Origin: Azolla caroliniana
Taxonomy: Eukaryota; Plantae; Polypodiophyta
DNA: 64,000 bases
Direction: 5' to 3'
NCBI GenBank assembly: GCA_043228905.1
Contig: JBHGNT010000021.1
Coordinates: 5,022,001 to 5,086,000, forward strand
This document shows, piece by piece, positions 12,471 through 25,213 of this stretch. The position numbers were made by a program, and so were the translations under genes. The stretch's first letter is position 1; the number at the start of each line of letters is the position of its first letter. Below the pieces are notes generated by a model. That model did not search any database, had not been told where the DNA came from, and saw only the letters and a program-made list of their open reading frames with translations.

Positions 12471-15400
12471 CCCCACAAAGATCATGAAGAGTGAAGAGGT
12501 GAAGGCTGGTTTACAAAGTATATGGCAGGACACCATGGGCAGTGAATCAGCCAGCAAAGATTTGCAGAAAAAATTGGCCCTCTCCTCCTCCTTCTTACAA
12601 CAGGAGACCAAGTGCGCCCTCCAACAGGTTAGAGCCATTGAAACAAAATTAAGGAAGGCCGTTACGGTAGCACAATGGCTGCTACAGGTAGACCCTGGTT
12701 GCAATTGGTCTAGAGCTAAGCTGAAGGAAGCAAAGATGAAGGTACAAGAAAGGACTTTGGAGAAGAACCGAATGTTGTTTCGAAGAAATGCAGCATGGTG
12801 AGCTAGAAAAGACGACAAGGTCAACCGACATTTCTTTCACTACATGGCACTCAATGGTGGTGGCGGACGTATACAAGGGCTGCGAAAACCAGATGGCTCG
12901 ATAACGGAGGACAAGAATGAGATTTTGGAAATGGCAACACAATACTATCGTGACCTCCTCACACCTATGGATGTGAGGCAACACACGGAGCTGGCTAATC
13001 GAGTGATGTCTTGTATTCACCCCAAGGTAACCCAGGCGATGGAACTTGTGCTCGATAGCCTCATCTCTCGTTTAGAACTCTCAGAGGCACTTAGGGGATT
13101 GCGAAGGGGTGCATGCCCCGGCCCTGATGGTCTCTCACGTGATTTCTTCGAGATTCATTGGGAATGTGTTATCCCGTCTTTGGAAGCCGGAGTTCAAGAG
13201 ATTTGGTCCTCAAGAAAGATGCCAATTGGTTTGGTTGAGGGGATGATATATCTCATCCCCAAAGCATCAGAGCGAAGCCTAGAGTTGCACCAATGGCGTC
13301 CAATCACGATCCTTAACACGACATACAAGATACTCGCTAAAGTCCTAGCTCGGCGGTTAGCAAGCTTCTTACCGGACATCATCCATGACAATCAAACTGG
13401 ATTTGTCAAGAATAGGTGTATCTTTGATAATGTGTTGCTTCTTTGGGAAGCTATGGCATTGGTCGGCCGCTCTGTATCGAGCTCGGCTATTCTGATGTTA
13501 GACTTCGAGAAGGCCTACAACAGGGTGTTATGGCCCTTTTTCGAAAATGTGATGAGAGCTTTGGGCCTACCTCAAAAATGGAGGAATTGCACTTCTGCAC
13601 TCTATTGGACAGCTACGAGTAGCGTGCTGATGGCTGGTTCTAAGGGACCCGCCTTCCAACTACAACGCTCAGTGAGGTAAGGTTGTCCCCTAGCCCCATA
13701 TCTCTATCTCTTTGTAACCGAGGCTTTCTCCGCCTACTTACAAGCACCAACCAACGGGCTGCGGGGATTGCCCATCCCCAATGCGACTGAAGATTTGCTG
13801 TTATCTGAATATGCCGACGATACGGTTCTTTTCTTGCAAGGTGATGAGGAGAATTTGCATCGGGCTGAACACCTTGTCAAGGACTTTTGTCAGGTGGCTG
13901 GTGCCAAGATCAATTGGAATAAAACCCAAGGCCTATGGTTCAGCGAACAAGAGAAACCAAGATGGCAACCCCATGCCAATTTTATGTGGATCCCTGATAG
14001 GACGACGTTCAAGTACCTTGGATTTACGATGGGGAGGTCAATCCCCAAGGGAACGCAATTGGCCCACGTACAAGCCAAAATAAATAGGAAGTTGACCCAA
14101 TGGAGTAGATCTAAACTATCCTTCGCTGGTAGGGTCCTTGTTGCGAACCAAGCGCTGCTCGCTACCATGTGGCACTCAGTCTCATGCTGGATTATGGACC
14201 CTGCAAGTCTACACGCGATTAAGGCTGCCATCAGAGGGTTTATATGGTCAGGTAAGGACAACCCAAGGGCTGCCGCCAGAGTTTCATGGTGTTGGTTAAC
14301 GCAACCACGGGCCAAAGGGGGGCTTGGCCTCATAGACCCCTTAATGCAGAGTCATTCATTGTTGGCTAAAATGGTGGTTCGCTGCCTCCTACCAAATAAG
14401 GGGTGTTGGAAGGTACTACTTCGCAACAGGCTGCAAGCAGGGACTCCCAAGTATGGTAGGCCTTGGCCCGACTCCTTGAATTGGTGTTGCACGAGCGGAG
14501 TCCCACCCAAGCTGGCTTGCCATCTGAAGGATAGGGTCGTGAACTCCATCTTGCGGGCATGGTGCCATCTATGACAGCATTTGGTCAAGCACACCCCGGA
14601 GACATTAACCGAATGGACTAGACAGCCACTATTTTGGAATCCTCACGTGCGAACAAGTGACGACACGATGCTAGGGCAACAAAAGGGCCTAGCATGGGGA
14701 AAGCTGGCACAAACAAGCCTCCTATCTATAGACGATTGGAGACGCATGGTTGTTTCAGGAAGAGCCCAAGAGGACCTTTTCCCTCCCCTCAAGGGAGCGA
14801 CGAAAATGCGGAGACTGATAGTTGAGGCAGTTGACAGGGTTCCGATGGGGGAGGCGAGAGAACATGCATGGTTCGGTCTCTTTGACGAGGTCGCTAAAGG
14901 GTGTGAGCGGATCGGGGAGAGATACAGTTTTTGGGGACAGTCAGAGCAGGGGCTCTTGGCACCCAATCCGAGTGGTGGCACAGGTTGACAACATCTGGAA
15001 GACAGACCCGGATGTTGCTAAGGTGGAACCCCATTGGAGGTTAAGGGTATACGGCTGTCGCCCCCTTGTCGATCTAGATTGGGACCCAGGGGATTTCAGA
15101 TGGAAACATGATGATAGACTCTATCACTTCTTCTATTACACCACTAAATTGGGTCGGACTATGCAACTGCAGTCAGGCAGCCCCCTTCGCAATGGCTGGC
15201 AAACATTGGGCATCCCCGATGAGGCGCTCATTACCTTTTGGAAGGGTCTCTGGCGTCTCCACATGCCTGAAAAGATCAAGCTCTTTTGGTGGCAGATCGG
15301 TCATAATGTGGTGCCCGTTGGCAAATGGCTAGATAAACGTGGTGGCCCGTTAGGCTTCCACTGTGCTCTCGACCTATTGAGATTTTGAGACATTGTTTAT

Positions 15401-15975
15401 GGGATTGCCCTCAAGCTCAAAAGGTATGGGATAGAGTGACTCGCCTCCTTGCGGCATGTGAAGTTGAAGGAACAGCCTCGTGGAGCGTTGCGGCATGGAT
15501 TGATCACTCGGTCGAAGGGTGGACGGACACTGTCAATGCGGATAGTTGGTGCTATGTATGCCACGAGAGGCAAAATCATCAAGATCCGTTTCGAAAGAGG
15601 CTTGCAGCTTGCATCCCCTAGGTTTCCAGAAATCTGGCTGTTGATCCCGGGTTTCACCTTGTGGTATATATGGAAAGCGTGTTGCCTCAAGGTTTTCCAA
15701 GGTACGGTATGGCCCCCGGAGGAAGTGATCATGGACATATGGTTCGCGATTATCAGCTGCCTATGAGGGCAACTGGAAGAGATTTGCAGCCACTCCAACG
15801 ATGTGGTCTCAGCCCGTTTGCGCTTTTGGCAGAAATGGCGGAACACACCTATGATGATGCAAGGCGGGAGTGGCCCGAGGTGGAACTACTAGCCCCCACG
15901 TTGGTTGTTTCCTACTCACCTGCCACCCTCTCTTCGTTGTAGGCCCCAAGAGCCGACTCGTACTAGGCAACATTG
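12471..15975 (+). pseudogene. LINE-A ORF2 remainder (RT, zf-RVT, C-terminal extension) with stops and frameshifts
   Basis: ORF pieces 12844-13680, 13768-14574, 14581-14988, 14822-15388, 15385-15621, 15449-15766. Stops such as R*GCPL and WNY*PPRWLFP fit C>T or G>A decay. The exact 3' end is approximate. Confidence 0.92.
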
Positions 15976-16217
15976 AAGGGCATCGCCTTAGATATAGGTA
16001 GCTTCTTACATTAAGTTAGGCCGCAAGGCATTGTAAGTAGGCTCATCTTCTTTTACTGGATCGGAGGAAGACTCCCCGATGTGTGTATAAGTCTCCTTGT
16101 AGACTCTCTATGTAATAATCCTTCCTAACTAATGGGAAAGTAGCTTCATTTTGGAAAAAAAAAAAAAAACTTACATCATCCCACAAAAGAAATAAGAATG
16201 CAACATTAAACATTTTG

Positions 16218-17663
16218 TTTTTTTTTCCCAAAAAACCACTGCTTCGCATTAGTTAGCAAACAAATTACATCATAGACCACCAAAAATTCAACAACCCTCA
16301 CTCTGGCCTTCTCACCAAAGTATTCATAGTCCCCACCTCATTTTCAACAAAAGTATCCCAACAACTTCTATAACCTAGTAATTAACTTGTACCATATCTA
16401 TACATATTTACAGCACCTGGTCACTAATGGAAGCCATTGGTGGAAACAGCCATCGAGGTGCTTGGTAGTTCCATTCAAGCCCTGATGATGATCTGCCCAC
16501 CATAGGAGAACTACCCCATTTCATCAGGAACTTTGACCGAGCTCTTTCAGCTACATCAGATTCCCCCTGAATCGAGTCGTACCGTCCCCGCAGCCAATAT
16601 ACCAGCTCGAACCAGATATTTAACAACACCTCACCGCTAGGGAGCTTTTGCTGTTGAAAAACAAACTTACAACGCCTGGTCCAAATGTGCTAGACTGATA
16701 AGCAAGCCACCATCATCCATATCTCTTCAAAAAATTCTGTGTTAGTGCCAAGTTGAACTCCATCGCGTTGAAACACCTTGCCACCCTACACTATAAATCC
16801 AAGATCGTGGGGGTTTAACTATTCAACCCAGCCTTCCCCTATTAACTTTAGCCCCTGAAAGGACCCCCATACAACTCTCCCATTCACACTACATGATGCT
16901 ACTATCTTGAAACTTCTACCCCAAATACTAATAGCCTCTCCGCAATTCCAAAAACAATGAGGGATTGATTCCAAAGGGTGTCCACATATCTTGCAACCAA
17001 CCTCACCACCACGACACCTCAGGCACTCCCCCACCGGTACTGCTTTATGACTAAGAAGCCACAACCAAAGCTTTATTTTTTCTAGCATATCGAACGCCCA
17101 TTGTCTCCTCCAAAATGACTTCAACAAGTTATCAGATATGCCTTTATCCCTCCAACTATTGCGAGTTAGAACAACGCCCATTGATTTGGAGCCAATGATT
17201 TGCCTTCCTAACTTAGTACTGTACTCGAAAAACCTTTCCAGTTTGTCCATTCCTGGTTTCTGCCACCACACCTCTAGTGGATCCCAATCCAAATCACATA
17301 TGGGCTTGTTGTCAACTATCCAAAGTTTACAATCAGTTTCCAACTTCCCTGGGTACAGGTTTACTTGCCACTTCTTACCTTCCAACACTGCCACCCGCAC
17401 TGCCAACCATTGGCCGTTGTCTGACAAAGCACATAGGTTGCCCCACAAACGATAGTCAGTAGATGGGCACCTGCCACAGATAATTTGTGCATCACCCTCA
17501 CCTACAAACCACCCAAACCAGGCCCCCTCTTCTTCATTCAACCTAGCTAGACCACCAACAACCCTATCTATCAAATAGGTCACCTTTTCCAGCCTAGCAG
17601 TAAACCTAGTACTATCAAACAGACCCTCCCTTTCCTTTTGAAAACCTCCCAGTCTCTTATTGA
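16218..17663 (-). mobile_element. 5'-truncated LINE fragment (LINE-B), same family as LINE-A/D
   Basis: LDWDPLEVWW, FFEYSTKLGR, KIKLWLWLLSH, CKICG...HCFWNC, C-terminal YQAPRWLFPP; poly(T) at 16218-16226 on + strand. Confidence 0.9.
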
Positions 17664-20162
17664 ACTAAACTTTGTTTATGACTTGAACATAAGATATTAA
17701 GTCAGGGTCATAAACAATAACTCGACCATTACACTATGGAATTATACTCGCATTTGACAGGGCAAAACATCTTAGATCAAATTGTAAATTTGGAACTCTC
17801 GTAGATAATGTATTAAATGCAATGTTTCAAAAAGATACCATGTCTAGATCGTTATAAAAATTGATCAATTGGATTAGTGAAAGATGATTGGTTCAAGGGA
17901 TGTATTATATACTTGACTATTATTGTTAGAGTCCTCTTGTTGCAATTTAGACTATTTATGAGATTTGTCATAATAGGCGGAATATTTCGTATACAAATGA
18001 AATCCTAAAGCAAGGTTGCATGCACTACTTATGGTCAAAAAGCGCGAGTATAAAGTAACCAAGTGTTTGATGGGCTTCGCCCAATATGTTTTACCCTATA
18101 TATGCATGGAACAACATGTGCACTCCATCAACTAGTTGGATATAAGGTCACAAAACACGAATATTTCCATTGCTCAAATTGTGTTCAACTTCATGAGATT
18201 TATGGATGTGTCATATAATGCTAGGGTAAAATTCTAGAAATAAAGAAAAGTATTGTGACTTGTTTTTGTAGTAAAAAAATGTTCCAAAGTGCTAGAAATA
18301 CATGAGATCAATTATGCATTTTCTTTGTTTATATTGTGAATTCTAGACATGAGAGAGCTAGTTAATGTATGTATCCCTTCGTTATTCTCCATTTTGTTTT
18401 CGATAATCTATACTAACATTAAAAAAATATGAGTTCGACAACTTGTTATGATATAGTACATTTGTATGCCCTCATATATCTTGTCTTCCATGAGCAATCC
18501 TCCAAAAGCAAGGTTAATGGCTTCTATTTCTCGCTTAGATTGTGGTATATTATAGGAACAACATTATGGTTTGTTTTGTATTTGAATCCAAGCTTATGCT
18601 TATACAACATGAAAATATTGTGCCAGCATTGAAACAGCTAACAGTTTCAAGACATGGTATACCCATTAGCATTTGCTAACATAAACATTTGAAGGTTACA
18701 TTTGTTTGCTTGTAAGGGGGAAATGTATGCTTTTATAGCACCAAGGCGTAAATTGCACATCACTTTTCCAAGAAAGAGGTGAATAATTCTACACATTAGA
18801 ACATCCACTACGATGTTACCTAGTAATCACCCACTTTGTCTATATGAGACAATGCACCCATATTTACTTGAAGCCGAAAAATCATGTGAGAATGATGGCA
18901 AAGGGGTAGCTTTAGGTGGGGGGTATTTGAACAAAATAAAGTGGCAGCATAATTGCAATGAACTAGAAAGTTACACGACACCACCCAATGGGACAACCTA
19001 AAAGATTATTCCCCAACAGAAACGAGAGAAGATTGGAAAAGGGTAATGCACTTCTCGGAAAGGGGGAGTTTAGAAACCCTTTGAAATTGAAAACAAAATT
19101 TAGAGGTATATATTACATGCATGAAGATGCCCATAGTGGTGATCCATGTAACAACTCAAAAGTAAGGCATGTAGTGACGCATTTGGATTGCAGCAAGGGA
19201 CAATAGAGGAGTATAATGGTGTAGGGACATTTGGATGAAAGAAATATACTTGAGTCAATTATTGATCATATCCAAAATTGTGATGGATAATATTGTGAGT
19301 GAGAATGGACCAAATCATCCAAATTTTGAAACCAACGAAAGTGGACAAAACACAGATTTATTTGTCATGACAAAAGTGGGATCGTTAAAGTTTTGTCTGT
19401 GGTGCAAGGGTGAAACGGGCAAGAAGATAGAAGCACTTTGCCAAACAAGTTATGTCAAGCTCAAAAACTAATGTATATGATCCAGGACCATAACTTTCAT
19501 AGCTAATGTTCGAGTATTGACAGACATTTATTCCTTCCAAGCTAAGTCATCGTAGCCGCATAGGCAAGTAGAGAAGAGTAAGGAGAGCTAGAGCGGGAGG
19601 GGGCATTTAAATGTGGCCTAAAAGAACGCATGTCATAACATGACCCATCAATGTGAAGGGTTAATGTTCTAGCTTTCTTTAAGCTTTGACAGAAAAGGAG
19701 AGAGAGAAAGATAGATGCGTGTGAAGGATATGAATAAGATTAAAAGTAGCAAAAGACAACAAAGTTCACTCTCATTCAAAAACAATAAGAGATTTCCCTT
19801 TTAACCCTGGGTAATGCAAGTGCTTTTTTACCCCATGTGCTTTACAAAGACCCTTGCATGTGACACACTTAATCGCATAGATGTGCAAAAGGAACTTCTC
19901 CGTTTTTTTATCATTAGTAAGTAACTTTGGTTAGTACACAATGTGCGTCCTTGAAGTATGCAAAAAGTACATGGTGCGAAATGCCTTTGTCGCCACTAGT
20001 TAGTCGTCATGAGAATCATGGTGTTAGCATTTAGGTATATATCCCTTTGTCTACACATGCACAATACCAACAACAAATGTAATGAGAAGAACCAACTGAC
20101 AAGTTTTGTGCTACAAGTAACAAAACCAATCAAAACTCATTCTTCATCATGCCCTTTTCACC

Positions 20163-20320
20163 CCCCTTGATAACTTACCCTCCCTCAAAGTCTATAAGAG
20201 TACATCCTTACCACTTCATATTTCGCAGGCAGTCATCGTATCCCCTTGATAACTTACCCCCTCAAAGTCTATTAGAGTACATCCTTACCACTTCATATTT
20301 CACAGGCAGTCATCGTATCC
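20163..20320. repeat. Tandem duplication, 2 x ~78 bp
   Basis: CCCCTTGATAACTTACCC...GGCAGTCATCGTATC present twice with a few differences. Confidence 0.9.
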
Positions 20321-23300
20321 ATGAGCCCACACCACAAACCATATGGTCAACATGTATACACATGTAAATTTGATGGGGTTAGCTTTCATGTTTTCAATGG
20401 ATTTTTCAATCAAGTGTGTTTTTATTCATAAACAATCAATCCTTTTTATTGTCTCCAATAATGTTCATCTAAGAACAAGAAGAAAAATCAATAATTATCA
20501 TTTGAACATTTCCTTTGATTGTTCAAGAAGGTTGTTTTCCATTTGTTTATGATTATTGTTTATTCCATTAATATACGATATTTCTCTTTACAGAACAGAT
20601 TTGGCCGAGATTTAAAATATTGTTCGTTTCATTCATAATTTGATTCTTGGTGGAACACACCTCCAATGTTGTTCGATGCTTTATCATTGACATTTTCTAA
20701 CACATCTTACATGGAAAGAGGAAAATCCAATAGAATTCATTACATTAATAATTTAGATCCTTTTCTTGTGATCATATGAAATCAACCAATTCCATGTCTT
20801 TTTCATTTTTCAATGAAACATTTTCACTAGTGTGAGGAATGCATGTCATTGAACATATAGACAAAGGTGTATTTTAATTTCTTTGTACAGAGAAGAGCTC
20901 TAATTTCCACACTCTCCATGACACTACGTATAGATGAGCAAATGGCCCACAAACATGATCACATGATATCACATAACTACTTGGGTTGATTTCGGACAAC
21001 TATAGAAATACACGATTCATTAACATAAAATGAATAAGACATTGTTTGCCATAATAAGTGTCAAAGTTTTTGTCAAAAACACCTTCTGTGTTATGTTTGG
21101 CTTGAGCCGTTCCACCATAATGTGACCTTTTTTTTCACCTGACATATTTTCTTTAAAGGTCATCAATGTTAAGTCATTTTTAACGTGTGTTACAACTTAC
21201 AACCACAAGAAGGCAATATGATTCAATATTTGAAATAAAACAATCATCGCGCAATATTTTAAGAAAGACATTAGAGACATGGTCATTTCTTTCAAATATT
21301 GAATCGTACTACCTTCTTATAGTTAGAGCTCTCAGTTGTGTTGACCCTATTAGGGATTTATGTTTGCTTTGGTTATTGCTCTCATTTGATTTTCCACCAT
21401 TAGTTAAGTTCATGCTTGTTTGTACAACCATGGTTACCCATGAATATATATATATGTATGTATGTATGTATATATATAATAATAAGAGACAAACTTGTCT
21501 TCACCTTAGAAGTTGCATGTGCCATAAGTTGACATGATTGAAAGATTGATGAGAGGAGAATTATATAAATTGTGATGAAACAATTTCGGCATTGATTATT
21601 TGAATTGTGATTATCGAAGGAAAATTACAAGTTTAGATTCACAATTGTTGGACTATATAATATGTAACTCACATGGAGTGCATAATGATGGTTTTTTGTG
21701 GTTTTGTTCTTCCAATGTTTAAACAACACATTTATTTTGTAACATGAATAGTATAGAATGTGAATGTCTTATTGAACAATGGAGAGATGAGACTACAGAA
21801 TAGAGAATATTCATTATGAAAAGTAATGGTTTTATCAAAGTGATTAAGAACCCATGATGTTGTTTTATTTGTCCTTATTAATCCTTCCACCTTACATACT
21901 TTGTTTCTTGAGCATTAGTTTTTTTTTTTTTTGGTAAAATCACACAATTATATTAATTGCATGTAAAAAAAACCCTATTACAACTTGTAAGTCAACTTTA
22001 CATATCTACATAGAGAGATACATATTCATATCATTACAAACCATGAATATGTCTCTCGACATCCCCTAACCTTTCTTATCAAACCAAATGACGAATGTGA
22101 TGTCCAACTAACTTATATACTTGTCTCTCTTCATGATTGAATATGCTTGACATCTCCAACAATGAAAATTGCCATAAAAGGAACCCCTTCAATCTCAACA
22201 CATAACAATGCACTCCCCTTTGTTCATCAAATATAAAAGCATTTCGCATATGCCAAATAAACCAAAGCCCATAATACCTCAAATAATCCAAAATCATCTA
22301 AAAAGAAGGTGAAAGACCTCCTAATTCCACTTGTGCAAAAACCCATTTGAAAGGAGATTGTATCACTCCTGTCAAGGACATCCATATTGCATTGATAAAC
22401 TTCCAAACCATCTTTGTAACAGGACATGAAATAAATCAATGTCGATTGTGCTCTACTTCCACCGTACAAAAGAAACATAAACCACTAGTAATTTTTCTTT
22501 TGCATAAAGCATCACCCAATGGCAATCCACCAACCATAACCCTCCAAATAAACATCTTCGCTCTAAATGACAAATGTGAACACCAACCCTTCTGAAGTAC
22601 CTTTCCACCAAATTGTTGGCCTATGAAAAGACCATACCTTAATTACCCTATTTTCTAACCACATATGTTTCCCAATAATTGTATGATAAGCCTCATTTGT
22701 TGAAACCATACTTAAGTTGTTCCCCCCCACAAATGTCCAATCAAGATATAGAGAATCTTCATTCAAATGTGGCACATGCCCTTGCAACATTGATCATCCT
22801 TGTAATGTATCCCAAATGTGCCAATAATTGTGTGGAATTCCAAATGTTGATCTAGCAATACGAAAAGTCATCAACCTTCTTTGAGAAGTCAAAATTGCAT
22901 CTTTTCGTGATACCAATCCTAATCGAGCCATTCGATTAAATTGATGTTGCAAAGATTGTTTACTTTCCCAATCCAACACCCTTGATGTTGCCAAAATCTC
23001 TAGTTGTAGAGAATTTGCATGCTCTCTATGTGATGGAGGATCCCACTTGACAAATTCTAACACATTCTGCCAAGATGATAATAATTGATTAACAACCCAA
23101 GACATTGAACACTTCACTTGCCTTTTGGAGTTGACTATATTCCACCAATGTGTTTCTACTCTTACTTTGCCAAACTTGATGCCAATTCTCTCAATAAAGA
23201 AAATCACCATTTCTATCCATGGTTGTGTGTTTGCAAACATAGAAATGAGTAATGAAAACCTCTGAGCTACCATATGCTCATATACATTCAATAATGCTAC

Positions 23301-25213
23301 TCCACCAAGCCATTTTGGAGTACAAATATGATCTCATGCCAACCAAGAAATGCCATGTTTCCCTTTTTCTCCCATAATAATGAACACATGGATTGGGTAA
23401 CCTTTTCAACTACCTTCTTAGACCATGGCAACAATGGAAGATAAGAAGAAACCATGGGTATCATAATGGATTGCACAACTTTAACCCTTATATGAAATGG
23501 CCATGATTGAGATCTCCAATAGATGAACTTATTTTCAATCTTTCTCGACACCCAATCAACTAGTTTAACATGTGAAACTTCTACTCCGATAGGGTAACCC
23601 AAGTGTCGAAAAATTTCCCCACGATTAACAATCTTTCCTGACCAGCCAAGCTCCAATATATTTTGCTTAGTACATGAAATAAGAACTGATTTATGCATAT
23701 TAATCTTTAATCTTGATGCAAGAGAAAACAAATCCCAAACCTTGTAGCCTTTGTAACATTATTACATGTAGCTCCCAAAAACATAAAATGATCATCTGCT
23801 AGCGCTTCAACAATACACTGTCTCCTAGATGGCAATCTTAACCCAACCAAATCTCCATCCACCATCATATTATGTAGCTTAACAAGTACAAAATGAGTGA
23901 CAATAGTAAACAAAAGCGGACTAAGGGGGCACCCTTGTCTAACTGACTTTCTCACCGAAATAGGTTGTGTTGCTCCTCCATGAAGCATGACATGTGACAT
24001 TGAAGCATCCCCCAATGTATATATCACCAAACCCCATTCGATGCTTCACCTGACATAAAAAGGACTAATTAACATGATCGTATGCCTTCTCTAGATCCAA
24101 TTGCAACATCACAATCTCTTGTTTAGTTTCCACAGCAAAATCTATTGACATCTGAAATATTATGCAAAATATCTCTATTGGCCAAAAAACCATATTGAGC
24201 ATTATGGATAATAGGTGGCAATCTTGTATGTAATCTATTAGCCAAAATCTTTGTGAAAATCTTATAAATCCCCCCCATCAAAGATATAGGCCTCCATTGA
24301 GCAAAGGACACTAGAGATGGCACTTTAGGTAACAATTTTATTAAACCAATCTTCCAAGATTGTGGCATGTGCTCTGTGAACCAAACATTCTGGAATAGAA
24401 TTGCAAAGGACCTCTTCAAGTGTGTATTATATTTCTTAAAGAATTCATTTGTTAAACCATCCCAACCAGGACTCTTACCATTCACAAGATGAGAAATCAC
24501 ATTTTCTACCTCAACCTCTGATATATCTGCATCCAAAACATTAGAAACCTCTATTGATACATGATTTGTAACTTCCTTCAAGAACACCTCTCAAGCATAA
24601 TTAACAGTTTCATCAACATGAGTTTCTACATCTAACAATTGCTTATAATAATCCACACATTTTGTCCCAATCATATGAGGATCCATAATCATCCTCCCAT
24701 TTTCTTGTAACTGCACCACATTATACCTCGCATGTGATTCATGAAGGGCATGAAAGAAATTGTGTGATTGACAATTACAATCATCCACTTCTTGTCTCAA
24801 CTTATGTAGTCTAGCTTGTTGATAACTCTTAACCTTCATATCACATGATGAGGTTGATAATATTTTGTGAATATCCAATAATTGCTCATCCATTGGCCAA
24901 TAACTTAGTAATGCATTACATCATCCCAACAATGTAGCCAAAGCTTTTATTTTTCTTCTTCTTTTAAAGGCATTATACATTCCATAAAATCTAGATAGCT
25001 TTTGCACATTTGCAACAAATACCTCCCAAGCCTCGAATCCCACATCTTGAACATGTAAATTGAATTTCTCAATCAATTGACACATGTAACCATGAAATAC
25101 TTCATGGTCTAAAAAAGATGAATTAAAACGAAGAGGAGGTTGTCTTAAGAAATATTTAAATTCAAACACTAATGGAAAATGATCTGAAAGAACCAAATCA
25201 TAAGAAATGGAAA

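Larger units (their letters stand above)
1..16169 (+). mobile_element. L1-like LINE (LINE-A), decayed, 5' end outside window, interrupted by Copia at 2008-12465
   Basis: ORF1 zinc knuckle CFNCKQIGHLAKAC; APE endonuclease (MRILTWNVQGL, LLLQE, GDFN, SDH); RT (WRPITILN, LDFEKAY, R*GCPL, YADD at ~13810); zf-RVT (KIKLFWW..H, HCLWDC); poly(A) 16155-16169. Removing the Copia and one AAGAT copy restores ...SLNVKI-PTKIMK in frame. Confidence 0.95.

Noticed and set aside
18900-19990. Possible Gypsy chromodomain/PPT/LTR relic (GGAAAGGGGGAG at ~19057)
   Set aside because: No second LTR, TSD or convincing protein motif.
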